A stretch of DNA of 64,000 nucleotides from an uncultured virus (IMG/VR IMGVR_UViG_3300028033_000029). Taxonomy: Duplodnaviria > Heunggongvirae > Uroviricota > Caudoviricetes. Under the pieces are notes generated by a model. It saw nothing but the letters and a program-made list of their open reading frames with translations, ran no database searches and had not been told where the DNA came from. The first letter of the stretch is position 1. Every line of letters begins with the position of its first letter. A program made the position numbers and the translations under genes. The DNA is taken from IMG/VR virus record IMGVR_UViG_3300028033_000029; one strand, given 5' to 3'. Shown in pieces: positions 11,301-19,291 of this stretch.

Positions 11301-11374
11301 GTATTAATATTACGTGCTGTTTTTTCTATATCTAAACTGCCCAATATTTTTAAAATTAAATCTTCCATTTGCAT
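5390..11374 (-). CDS. Tape measure protein
   Basis: 1994 aa; TP901-type core, hydrophobic segments, long coiled coils, FDTGGYTG...LHEKELVL tail motif. Confidence 0.95.
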   Translation of the reverse strand: MQMEDLILKILGSLDIEKTARNINTQLSTLSNKLDSLKLNFGFDKEILDVFRNFAKSMENVKAMIEELNKVTKTEIEIRKQQDGTIQTIQKDYLKSGEIIERTTTQIDKQTESINKNIEALIRQGQALDNVMKIKEKYKVDSGGATLESLTKTIDTELGKLTVTATPTGNISTVITEVDYQKQIDFIRKLQQELEQLHNRSVDLFDNIKNPEAQAFLVDMQHEYKKITDELSQFYEKKQILTEEDKQRLSNYVKYYKEQFNEIIKLEKQLETEEEKRIAWQEKQVASLENQMSKFSSTVLAAPIDKTSTEYQRIVGVINEINQQINLYRNNENILTNEVLKNIQNRIATLKQEYEQLVRTEKERARIMSLGTKTDIKFTGLDDESIKRYAQAIYGAGVEIRNLSKITEDGDSRVRTFIARIKEANGTFREVKVAVDEATRSVYTGIEQIGNLAGKDVGLIGALKIAFEKFPVWLVASTTIMESVHAMQNGIKAVNELNKAQTNMRMITGATTEQIREWTHSLSDLATQLHDTTLNVLQGSEEFLRAGHNIEETRKLLEASTIMSKIAAQSQEDSVKQLIAIQNAYNMNSEEMIRVVDKMVAVDNSAATSTKELGEAVRRTASSAQMAGVSFDELVSYIATVSSVTRKSAETIGESFKTIFARMQALKEGQNFDPLGESISNVESALNKVGIALRETPTQFRNMSEVLDELAQKWNTLNDLQKSEIAAAIAGTRQRENFLTLMNHYNEALRLQTVMADSAGYAMSRYEMYAQSTEARLNDLVNAGQRLWMTVFNSDDINSAIALMTSLVNILSETVEVFGALPTALTITTLAFSIFNSKLRETLGISIINFLKNLINSIRGVETAVKSATVAVETAKTATKGITLASFLAGGAQVAAITAFAFAIGEAIQFIVNKYKEAREEQAKFEQQNKEIVQAYSQHYDEINKLVARYEYLLNLQKEGKLTNEQQQELLNIQNRLNELMPILTEEVDEQGQAHLRNIEDIKKELEYAEKLKKVYDEIEVKGFKQATENRFKDIGVIERQIQNIRNELSRGYRVLTGNITVPLSDEDTLRLERELIELERQKEERLRENVDALQSVAEKQIALKGIEGELAQTTKEYISNLIEQEKNTLTNADAVDKAKTKIFDYIDAITQAKDVLVKLPEIKGSNLPEDKKMREYGIAVEGARQILSRFISDQNVVNQIIEWFANNVDNASDSVVGLDINIEELLGSMRATQNDIQELTDLIYKLSHGYELTVQEVNQLLENHPKLINTITIENGQIKINIDALENLREARIAEFNTALETQEAKVEAQKQALVQSLPLYEKEIMAIQNVADANRVINKIIVDAAMKSNSMYLGTGGIYDYLDDTIGAIGRALENIRNIRKWANATFRAVIPSAVKSAQNAAKSVQNVDPYIIDEFSHKLTELDLRIKQSEARMKSYDKTSQEYTNEINVQNILLGKKRILIRDEINRLTLANETLLKQIEALKQHNKLTNEQQKQLNDLLRTYDDNTKSIEQLKNQLISLNSTIQDNVNEVYQNWLDKAQEVADQVVDAYKAALEKEKELALQAKDEELEAEEERHQAVINSLDEELEKYEQVINAKLQLLDMQSDERDFYNRLNELEQQRAEVQQQINILALDDSIEAQARLAELKEEYADIEKQIDDLKYKHQTDLRKQNLKNELESYRQQIEARKRTEDNLYQMNKERIEKEKLLIEAHYNTLLANTQEFENMRQQIIEGKGNEILQTLIGYINTFDSRMQESIKQNGEDLLGLLGLIQQLQAAQTGLSNLGTPPSSSGGFISGGSNELNNTQSQYPIATITNYRYDKAGNAVAPARTLASIFGVTVGWDDQSGMVILGGKPFIPSFIENGTAYLPIRTVAAAFGHQVKYDNTTKKISVFDTGGYTGSFSGGKLAILHEKELVLNKEDTFNILKVVEMTRDMVKSLRVLKIPTPVLAGASGNNINVNMYIGKVEGNENGARVLLDDFINGLKKRGINI

Positions 11375-11427
11375 TCACCACCTTTCACTCAAGGCAACAA
11401 CCTCTCGCTTTCTACACCAACAACCCC

Positions 11428-11552
11428 TCTGACACACTCTCTCCACTTTAGTGGAGAGGTTCTTTAAGCGAAGATTGATAGTCTATGCTACCCTTATTCG
11501 CCTAGGGCTGCCAAACCCTCTACCCCTATCCAATCTCGGATTCGGGGTTACT
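11428..11552 (-). ncRNA. Structured intergenic RNA resembling an IS200/IS605 right end / TnpB omega-RNA scaffold
   Basis: GC-richer, four stem-loops, ends AAGAACCTCTCCACTAAAGTGGAGAGAGTGTGTCA; no tnpA/tnpB adjacent. Confidence 0.4.
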
Positions 11553-11571
11553 CTCTTTTTGTCTCTCAATT

Positions 11572-12012
11572 TTAATGGAGAACGTTCTCGGCGGTTTGTT
11601 GTAAAAAATCAGAATTATTTACTAATTGTTTATAATTATCTGCAAAATTACGTACATGCTCCACCGTTTTCTTTATTTCTTCTTTGGAAAAGCTCTTTAT
11701 TATTTCTTCAAAAAAGCCATTATCAATAAGATATTCATACACTACAATTTGTTTTTCTAATTCATCAGGAATAGGAATATTAGTAAAATACTTTATTAAA
11801 AGAAGGGGATAGTAATCAACTAAGTTTAAATTTATATTATTTTCACGTGCATACTCCATCTTTTCTAAAAATTCCAATATCATCCTATGTATTTTTGTTG
11901 GTCTGAATTTTTCATCTATTAATATTTCGTACCCATTTACTTCAATCTTTTTTTGGGTATAATTTTTACCGTCAACTTTTTTAATTTCGTTATAGGTTAA
12001 CTTTTTTCCCAT
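11572..12012 (-). CDS. Hypothetical protein, possible tail assembly chaperone
   Basis: 146 aa, GGAGG SD, directly upstream of tape measure. Confidence 0.55.
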   Translation of the reverse strand: MGKKLTYNEIKKVDGKNYTQKKIEVNGYEILIDEKFRPTKIHRMILEFLEKMEYARENNINLNLVDYYPLLLIKYFTNIPIPDELEKQIVVYEYLIDNGFFEEIIKSFSKEEIKKTVEHVRNFADNYKQLVNNSDFLQQTAENVLH

Positions 12013-12023
12013 AATTTTACCTC

Positions 12024-12977
12024 CTACAAGATTTTGTATTTACTTTTTTCACGCTGAATTTGCTGTTTGTCTTGTCTTAAATAATGTTTTTTAGTAACAT
12101 CTAAACCTTTGTGATTTAATAATTCGGAAATCATCTCGATAGGCATACCAGCCAATTTAAGCAATTGGCTACCAGAATGTCTAAAATCATGAGGATGCAG
12201 AGTAGGAACCCCAATCATTTCACCAATCTTTTTAGCCCAACTATATAATGTGCTTACAGTTGCTTTTGTATATTTGCCACCATTTTTAACTAAAAACACA
12301 TACTCGCTATCAATCCCTAAAGCTTCACGACTTTCTTTGAGTTTTAATAATAAGTCTCTTACTTCTTCATCAAAATATAATGTAACTAATTTTCCTTCTT
12401 TTTCTAACACATTATCTATAGTCATATTCTCAAAATCTATTTGCTCCCATTTAATATTTGATATGGCATTTACACGAGCCATTGTAGATAAACTCAATAG
12501 TGCATAAGTTTCTAACTGCAAATTCCCGTATTCTTTAAGCTTTTGTTTCATTAATTTTACTTGTTCTTTTGTTAAAAATGTCTGCACAACTATATCTATA
12601 TCCTTACGAGGTCTTTCGATAAATTCCATTGGGTTTTCTTTAATCAATCTTTTTCTTCTTAAAAATTTATAAAATGCCGAGAGAGATGAAATTCTACGCT
12701 TTAATCTACGTGTATTATTGCCTTGTTGTTTACAATAATATATAAATTCTGTTATATCATCTTCAGTTAAATCAAGTACAGATTGATTGCCTTGATTCTC
12801 ATAAATGTATATAAACCATGAAAACAAATCAGTTTTGTAATTATAAATAGTGGCGGGGGAGAGTTCACGAATAGTCATATCCATTTCATATTTTTTATAT
12901 AGCTTCATATTTTCTGGATTAACTTTTTTGAGTTTTTCTCCATCATATAATTCTATTCGTTTGCTTCTTTTTGTCAT
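12024..12977 (-). CDS. Tyrosine recombinase in tail module (SPbeta YomM-like position)
   Basis: SAM-like N-terminus; R (MARV), HPHDFRH, LNH, C-terminal Y (KKHY). Confidence 0.9.
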   Translation of the reverse strand: MTKRSKRIELYDGEKLKKVNPENMKLYKKYEMDMTIRELSPATIYNYKTDLFSWFIYIYENQGNQSVLDLTEDDITEFIYYCKQQGNNTRRLKRRISSLSAFYKFLRRKRLIKENPMEFIERPRKDIDIVVQTFLTKEQVKLMKQKLKEYGNLQLETYALLSLSTMARVNAISNIKWEQIDFENMTIDNVLEKEGKLVTLYFDEEVRDLLLKLKESREALGIDSEYVFLVKNGGKYTKATVSTLYSWAKKIGEMIGVPTLHPHDFRHSGSQLLKLAGMPIEMISELLNHKGLDVTKKHYLRQDKQQIQREKSKYKIL

Positions 12978-13029
12978 TTTTACACCTCTTTTCTTTCAAA
13001 AATATCTATGTCAACCTTACGGTTATTTT

Positions 13030-13530
13030 CTATTTCACATTCAATCCCCTACGACGCAACCCCTTTTTAAAAGCTTCAATAATTTCAGGGTTGTTCTTTA
13101 ATCGTTCAGCAGTGCTCCTAATAAAAGGTCTTGCTTCCATATAAGCTGCTCCCTCACGGGGATAATCGTAACCATATCCATTCCAACCATGTCCATATTC
13201 TATTACACCCGCAATTTTAAAAGGCTCTTTACCGTCTGGTAAATAATCAGGGTTACTCATTGTAACATTTTCTACCGTCAAAAGAACTGAACCATCTGCT
13301 CGTAATTGAGTATTAGCTATCATATTATTAGGATCATCTAATCCCCCAACACTACGCCTAAGATACTTTTTAGGGGAGTATTTTTCAAAAACTTCCTTTT
13401 CAATTTCTTCTTGTTCTATTTTTCTAACCACATCAGCCACTTCATTTTTCATGGCATCAGCAATTTTAGACTGAATTTTCTGTTGAATTAATTCTAATTG
13501 AGTCCGCAAATTAGCCATACAAAACACCAC
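13030..13530 (-). CDS. Putative neck/tail completion protein (HK97 gp10-like)
   Basis: C-terminal ARPFI motif, position in tail operon. Confidence 0.55.
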   Translation of the reverse strand: MVFCMANLRTQLELIQQKIQSKIADAMKNEVADVVRKIEQEEIEKEVFEKYSPKKYLRRSVGGLDDPNNMIANTQLRADGSVLLTVENVTMSNPDYLPDGKEPFKIAGVIEYGHGWNGYGYDYPREGAAYMEARPFIRSTAERLKNNPEIIEAFKKGLRRRGLNVK

Positions 13531-13546
13531 CCTTATTAAAAAAGGA

Positions 13547-13572
13547 AAAGGGTAGGGGAGAATCCCTACCCT
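13547..13572 (-). terminator. Intrinsic terminator after major tail gene
   Basis: AGGGTAGGG/CCCTACCCT stem followed by U-rich tract on minus strand. Confidence 0.75.
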
Positions 13573-13577
13573 AAAAA

Positions 13578-14297
13578 TTATGATCTTGGAACTACTATAT
13601 ATCGCCCTATACTTGTAGAATTAATAGGTGTCATAGCTGTAAATTTGATTGTATCTCCATTATTTTGACCTGCTTCATGTGACACAGCCAATGCACCATC
13701 AGGAACAGCCTTTTCAAAAACCCAATATATATCGGCTGCTGGAGCATTTGTTTCAGCATCAACAGCAATAGTATGCAATTCTACATAATAATTTCTCGGG
13801 AACATAGAAGCATCAAGTGGTATTGCTTCACCAGTTACGGAGGTCGAATACAAAGCAATATAATAAGCACCTTCAACTCCACCAGTAACAGTCACAGTTT
13901 TTGTAGTAGCATCATAAGTAGCTGTAACTTGTTTCCCTTGAGGATCTAACACTATAACACTATCATTCAATGGAGTACCAGTCAATGTGAATTGACCATT
14001 AACCAATTGATGTTTTTCATTGGCTTGTACAGTATACTCGCCACTGACTTGTTTTGCTCCACTTTGAATCGCAACAATATCATCAGCATGGAGTAGTGTC
14101 GTTACTGTAAACTCTATTTGCTTATTGTATTGTATCATACCAATAATGCCATTACCTATACCGCCACGAAGAATTTCTTGTTCTACTGATTGCGAAATAT
14201 CTACCTTGTTAGTCAAACCTAAAAAATACACTCTTGTTGGATCTGATAAATCCTTTAAATACACCTCAGCTGTATCTCTCAAAGTCAAGTTATTCAT
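13578..14297 (-). CDS. Major tail (tube) protein, putative
   Basis: 239 aa, beta-rich, strong SD and own terminator. Confidence 0.65.
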   Translation of the reverse strand: MNNLTLRDTAEVYLKDLSDPTRVYFLGLTNKVDISQSVEQEILRGGIGNGIIGMIQYNKQIEFTVTTLLHADDIVAIQSGAKQVSGEYTVQANEKHQLVNGQFTLTGTPLNDSVIVLDPQGKQVTATYDATTKTVTVTGGVEGAYYIALYSTSVTGEAIPLDASMFPRNYYVELHTIAVDAETNAPAADIYWVFEKAVPDGALAVSHEAGQNNGDTIKFTAMTPINSTSIGRYIVVPRS

Positions 14298-14318
14298 ATA
14301 TACTACCTCCTTAAATTA

Positions 14319-15029
14319 TTAATTATTAAAAATTTTTTCCATTTCTTTTATATAATCTTTTAAAAATGTTTTATTATTTTTATTATTATAATTTACATCA
14401 ATATGTTTAAACCAATTTTCAATTTGTACATCTGGAGCTACAGTAGCAAACAACACAGATGTACGATAATTCTCGAAAGCCATAATCCTATTAAATAAAG
14501 CATTAAGTTTATAGATAGTCATATCTAAAGCATTTTGGTGTGAGATAAGTTCAACACTTGTAACCATTGCCTCAAATGTAACAATTAATCCCCTTTTTTC
14601 TTTGTAAATTCTATCATACATATCAAATTTAGCAATTTCTGGGTCTTTGCTTGGCTTCTCATAATGCAAACAATTCATAGTTTTCATTAAATTTAAATAA
14701 TAATTCAATTCATCATCAGTTTCTACTAAATCAAACACATCTTCTTTGAAGAAAAAATAGAAAATTTTCTTGTATATTAAATACAAATCTGGGATATTTT
14801 TTATAATATAAAGCAAAGAAACATCTTTTAGTTGTTCTTTAGCCATTTCTTTATCTTTAAACATATCAAAAATATCTTCTTTAGTTAAAAAAATATAAGG
14901 TAAAAATGTTAAAACAGTATAATAATCTTTTACTTTTGCAAAATGAATATTGCCAATTTTTGTTTTTATAGGTAATCCCAAAATATACAATTCTCTAATG
15001 TCTGGAATTGCTTCTTCGTTAATAATCAT
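14319..15029 (-). CDS. Hypothetical virion-module protein
   Basis: 236 aa ORF in head-tail operon. Confidence 0.6.
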   Translation of the reverse strand: MIINEEAIPDIRELYILGLPIKTKIGNIHFAKVKDYYTVLTFLPYIFLTKEDIFDMFKDKEMAKEQLKDVSLLYIIKNIPDLYLIYKKIFYFFFKEDVFDLVETDDELNYYLNLMKTMNCLHYEKPSKDPEIAKFDMYDRIYKEKRGLIVTFEAMVTSVELISHQNALDMTIYKLNALFNRIMAFENYRTSVLFATVAPDVQIENWFKHIDVNYNNKNNKTFLKDYIKEMEKIFNN

Positions 15030-15031
15030 AA

Positions 15032-15544
15032 CTAATCACCCTTGACAGTAGCATTACTTACATTAATCCACAAAGCTAACCCCGCATAAGAATTATTTAC
15101 TTTGAATAATCTATACTTCGCAATATTTACCCTATTATTACCTGCAATATATTGGTTATCAAGCACATTAGCAATCTCTCTAGCAATCCTAAATACCCTT
15201 ATTTCTCCTTTACCACTAATTAACCAGTACTTAATCGGCACAACTATATCTAACACATAAACATCATATCCAATCCCAGTATTTTGCAAATTGCCTTCAT
15301 AAGGATTAAAAAATATTTTTACTTGCATGTCATCTAAAATCTCATCACTAAAAGGCGATAAAATTATGTTTTTATTGATTAAATTATCATTTACGTCAGG
15401 TAGTGAAGGGTCTAATGGATATTTGTCAAGATATACAATATATCTTTTTAAATTTCGATTATTAATAAGCAACATTAACATTTTGCTCAAATTTTCTTCG
15501 ATGAATTTAAACTTCAAACTAACAAATGTACTCAATATAAACAC
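15032..15544 (-). CDS. Putative tail terminator/completion protein
   Basis: 170 aa, position. Confidence 0.45.
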   Translation of the reverse strand: MFILSTFVSLKFKFIEENLSKMLMLLINNRNLKRYIVYLDKYPLDPSLPDVNDNLINKNIILSPFSDEILDDMQVKIFFNPYEGNLQNTGIGYDVYVLDIVVPIKYWLISGKGEIRVFRIAREIANVLDNQYIAGNNRVNIAKYRLFKVNNSYAGLALWINVSNATVKGD

Positions 15545-16483
15545 CTACCACAAAGAACTCTGAATTGTAATTGTTTTAGTTAATACTGTTATGTCTGAAG
15601 TTGCTGTTAATACAAATTCTCCTTCAGACACACCCCGTACTACACATGAGTAATCAGTATAACTAATTATTTGTGCATTAGTATTGCTCAAACTCCAAGT
15701 AAACACTTGATCTGTGACTACCTTACCATTTTTATCAATTATATAATAAGATTGGTCTTGCCCTAATATAATTGTAGTTGAACCATTAATTACGTAAGGC
15801 GATGTTTCTAAAGTTTTATCGTTATAAGCAATTCCATTAACAAGATCATCTTTAGGATTAACCTGATCAAAAGTAAGTGTTAAAAACAATAATCCATACC
15901 CATCAATACTCTTCGATAAACCATCATCAGAACCAATAACTTTCCAAACAGTATTATTAAGGACAAAACGTATTGGCATTAATTTGACTATTTGTTTTGA
16001 AATATCGTTATATTGAGTAACACATAAAATCTTATCCGTAGGAATAATTATCTCTTCATAATCCAACGTGTTTCTATAACTTTCTAGAAAACACGGTAAA
16101 TTGTAATCCCCAAACTTCAATGTATTAGTACACTTTCTAATAACACAAGAATTAGAAGTAGGGGAATGTTGTGTGTCAACACACAACCATTGGTAATTAT
16201 CATATTCAAAAATATCGCCCAATTTAGGTGTATCACTTAAATCTCTAAAATAAATTTCTTTATAGTTATTACCTATTATAGAAGCAAATACTGTGTTTGC
16301 GCGTCGTAATTGATAATCTTTTAATCTAACTTTTTTTTCTGTCCCATTATGTTTAACAACAATAAGATTTGGAGAATCCTCAAACAATAAATCTAACAAC
16401 ATTTGATAATCATTTCTAATTCTTTCACCATATGTAGTTCCACTACTTAATACACGTTTTTTATAATCATCAAAATACGTCAT
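15545..16483 (-). CDS. Putative head-closure protein with C-terminal Ig-like domain
   Basis: 312 aa; C-terminal beta-sandwich-like TWSL...LTAT pattern. Confidence 0.5.
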   Translation of the reverse strand: MTYFDDYKKRVLSSGTTYGERIRNDYQMLLDLLFEDSPNLIVVKHNGTEKKVRLKDYQLRRANTVFASIIGNNYKEIYFRDLSDTPKLGDIFEYDNYQWLCVDTQHSPTSNSCVIRKCTNTLKFGDYNLPCFLESYRNTLDYEEIIIPTDKILCVTQYNDISKQIVKLMPIRFVLNNTVWKVIGSDDGLSKSIDGYGLLFLTLTFDQVNPKDDLVNGIAYNDKTLETSPYVINGSTTIILGQDQSYYIIDKNGKVVTDQVFTWSLSNTNAQIISYTDYSCVVRGVSEGEFVLTATSDITVLTKTITIQSSLW

Positions 16484-16896
16484 GCAAAATCACCATACTT
16501 ATAGGTATATCTTGCAATTTTATCCTCTACGTCACGCTTAGTAGCTTCTCTAAGCATTTGCAATTCATGTAAATGCTGTGCTTGAGAAGTTAATTTGAAA
16601 TCACCAGTCATTTTTTGTCTCACAATCATTAAAGAGTTAATATAGGGGGATAACCATTCAATTACCATTAAAGTGGCAAGTATATCTTCCTCAATATCAG
16701 ACAACGTTTGATTAAATTGCTGTAAGGCTTCATCTCTATCATTCAAATTAGTTTTGCACACATAAAAATTTGGAATAGCAGCTAATAAATAATCATACAT
16801 TCTTGCCTCCGCATCAGCTTGAGTCATATTTGCTAATGTCATATCATCAATTTTTGCTAAAAAACGTTTATAAATATTTGAATAAGGTGTAGCCAA
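16480..16896 (-). CDS. Putative head-tail adaptor
   Basis: 138 aa helical protein downstream of capsid gene. Confidence 0.5.
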   Translation of the reverse strand: MATPYSNIYKRFLAKIDDMTLANMTQADAEARMYDYLLAAIPNFYVCKTNLNDRDEALQQFNQTLSDIEEDILATLMVIEWLSPYINSLMIVRQKMTGDFKLTSQAQHLHELQMLREATKRDVEDKIARYTYKYGDFA

Positions 16897-16908
16897 AATT
16901 TACACCCC

Positions 16909-17547
16909 CTATTGGACGTTATATGCCTTAACGTCCTCAGCCATCTTAAATAAATCCTTGCCTAATATCTGCCCAATAAAATAGATTTTGTTTTTGTCTA
17001 AATATCTTATATCACCAGCATTAATACCCTTTATGATGGTATCAATAATAGATTCCTTAATAGCATCAGTCGTATTTTCTAATATCTCTTTAATTTCTTC
17101 TTCTGGTAAAGTTATTATATTCTCAATAACTTCCTTGCCTACTATTTTCTTGTAAGCTTCAGTTAAATAAAGTGCTTCTACGGCATCTTTATCTAAAATC
17201 ATAAAATATCCTTCTTCAGCAAGTCTTTTCTGTCTATCACAAATCTCCATCAAATCCCCAAAAGTAATAGGTTTAATTGCACCAAAATGATTAAAAGTAA
17301 TTACCTTACCAGAATTAGTTATTAAGTTTAAAATGCCATGAAATAAGCTAACTACTTTTATTAACTTATTTAAAGGTATTTCACTAACAGTAGATTCAGT
17401 TATATCAACAGTATTTTTCTTTTCGTTACGTAATTCTTCTATTATTTTTTTAAGTTGTTCTATTTCTTCTTTTAATTTTTTATTTTCTTTTACATAATCA
17501 ATTCCTTCCATTGTTTCAATATCAACTTCATTCTTTTTTCTCGGCAT
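16909..17547 (-). CDS. Hypothetical protein
   Basis: 212 aa, AGGAGG SD. Confidence 0.6.
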   Translation of the reverse strand: MPRKKNEVDIETMEGIDYVKENKKLKEEIEQLKKIIEELRNEKKNTVDITESTVSEIPLNKLIKVVSLFHGILNLITNSGKVITFNHFGAIKPITFGDLMEICDRQKRLAEEGYFMILDKDAVEALYLTEAYKKIVGKEVIENIITLPEEEIKEILENTTDAIKESIIDTIIKGINAGDIRYLDKNKIYFIGQILGKDLFKMAEDVKAYNVQ

Positions 17548-17570
17548 AAAACCCCTCCTTAAATTTATAG

Positions 17571-17594
17571 AAGGGTAGGGGAGAACCCTACCCT
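17571..17594 (-). terminator. Intrinsic terminator after capsid gene
   Basis: Same AGGGTAGGG/CCCTACCCT stem as at 13547. Confidence 0.7.
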
Positions 17595-17600
17595 ATAAAA

Positions 17601-18695
17601 TTAAGCTAATTTCATAATACCATATCTTGCAGATGTTACTACACCCACATCATAAGATTTAATAAATGTGTAATCTACTGTCATATCGGCATTTTGGCTA
17701 TTTGTAGATTCATTTATAATAGCCTCACCTTCAAATGCTATCTTAGCAATCTTGTCGCTACCCATAGAAACAACATAAATCGTATTGTTATCTATAGCAA
17801 AATCATAAGTTCCAGCAATAATTCTTTGTGGTATCTCGAACAAATCTACGCCTTGGAAGTTTGTAAGATAACCATATTTATTGTATTCTTCTCCGAGAGC
17901 GAATCTTAAATATTGATCTGCTGGAAGTATTTGTGATAAAGCAAGTTTTGTACCAAATGCAGCTGCTTTAGCACCAGCATTTAATGCTTCTACTCTTTGT
18001 ACTAATTGTATGAAAGATTGAGCAGTAAATCCAGTAACTTTCAATTGAGTTGGGAGATTATCATAAGAATTCAATATTGCGTTGTATATATCAGTTGTAA
18101 TTTGTGTTTCGAATGATCTTGCAACTCTTGCTACCCAATCACCCCAATTAACTTTTCCAGCCAATACTCTATAGAAGTCTTCTTGAATAGTAATTGCACG
18201 CTGTTGAGGAATTAACGTTAATATTCCATTATAAATTCTTTGTGGCTCAGCTTTTCTTATACCGGGAGCAATTTTTGATACCACAAACAAATCAGGATTT
18301 GGAATCGTAAATACAAAGCTATCGCCCCAGTTGCCGTTTTTTACTTCTGCAAATTTATAGAAGTCATCCAATACAGTTTCTGGTATAATCACATCCAACA
18401 TTTCGCCAACTAAAGCAAATAAAGCCCATTTTACGTTAGGATTTCTTAATAAAACAGTATCAGATACCCCAGTAGTATTAACACCAGCCATTTTAAAAGA
18501 TTCTTTGATTAAATTTTTGGTGAAAACTTCTTGTTTTTCTTCGTATGTTTTTCCAGTAGCACTTTCAGCATATTGTTGTTTTCCATTTAAGTATAAATAA
18601 TGTTTATATAATTCAACACCAGCTCTTACTATGTCTTGTCCATCAGCAGAGAAGGACATAAATCTCTTGGTAGGTATAACATTCATATTTCCCAT
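17601..18695 (-). CDS. Major capsid protein
   Basis: 364 aa in portal-protease-decoration-capsid order; strong SD and terminator. Confidence 0.8.
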   Translation of the reverse strand: MGNMNVIPTKRFMSFSADGQDIVRAGVELYKHYLYLNGKQQYAESATGKTYEEKQEVFTKNLIKESFKMAGVNTTGVSDTVLLRNPNVKWALFALVGEMLDVIIPETVLDDFYKFAEVKNGNWGDSFVFTIPNPDLFVVSKIAPGIRKAEPQRIYNGILTLIPQQRAITIQEDFYRVLAGKVNWGDWVARVARSFETQITTDIYNAILNSYDNLPTQLKVTGFTAQSFIQLVQRVEALNAGAKAAAFGTKLALSQILPADQYLRFALGEEYNKYGYLTNFQGVDLFEIPQRIIAGTYDFAIDNNTIYVVSMGSDKIAKIAFEGEAIINESTNSQNADMTVDYTFIKSYDVGVVTSARYGIMKLA

Positions 18696-18729
18696 AAAAT
18701 ATTCCTCCTTCTAATAATTATTATTTTAA

Positions 18730-19263
18730 TTAGAGAGCATGAACAACTTCAAGTTCATAAGCAGTTATTTTATTACCAGCAACGGAAATTGTGGTTTGTG
18801 CTACAACCTTAAAAGCAACTACAGAAAGTGGAGCACCAGTACTTGAATCAGTTATACTAGCTGCTGGAGCAAGTAAATATGAACCATTCGCTGGAAGAGC
18901 ATACTGTCCAACAGTTGGCGCAGCACTAAATCCATTAGCAGTAATAGTAAACCTATCTCCAACTTTCAATTTCCTTGCTCTTGCAGGTCTGTTAGCAGGA
19001 TTGTAAAATAATGTAGGATCATCAATATCAAGTCTAAATCCATTAACCTCTACCAAAACTGGTGATTCGACCAACAATACCTCTTGTGTGGCTACATCTG
19101 TTGGAGCAGAACAAGCATAAATTTCGGGTTGACCTGGTATCCTATCACCAAGTACAACCATACTTCCATTATCCATATCAACAGTATTTTGCACAGATAC
19201 TACATAGCTATCTACATTCGTAGAAGCCATTTTACCAATTTTAACAACTACATGATTTCCCAT
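18730..19263 (-). CDS. Head decoration/cement protein
   Basis: 177 aa, DNG..V.LG motif, directly upstream of capsid. Confidence 0.6.
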   Translation of the reverse strand: MGNHVVVKIGKMASTNVDSYVVSVQNTVDMDNGSMVVLGDRIPGQPEIYACSAPTDVATQEVLLVESPVLVEVNGFRLDIDDPTLFYNPANRPARARKLKVGDRFTITANGFSAAPTVGQYALPANGSYLLAPAASITDSSTGAPLSVVAFKVVAQTTISVAGNKITAYELEVVHAL

Positions 19264-19291
19264 AGAAATACTCCTCCTTATAATTATTATT

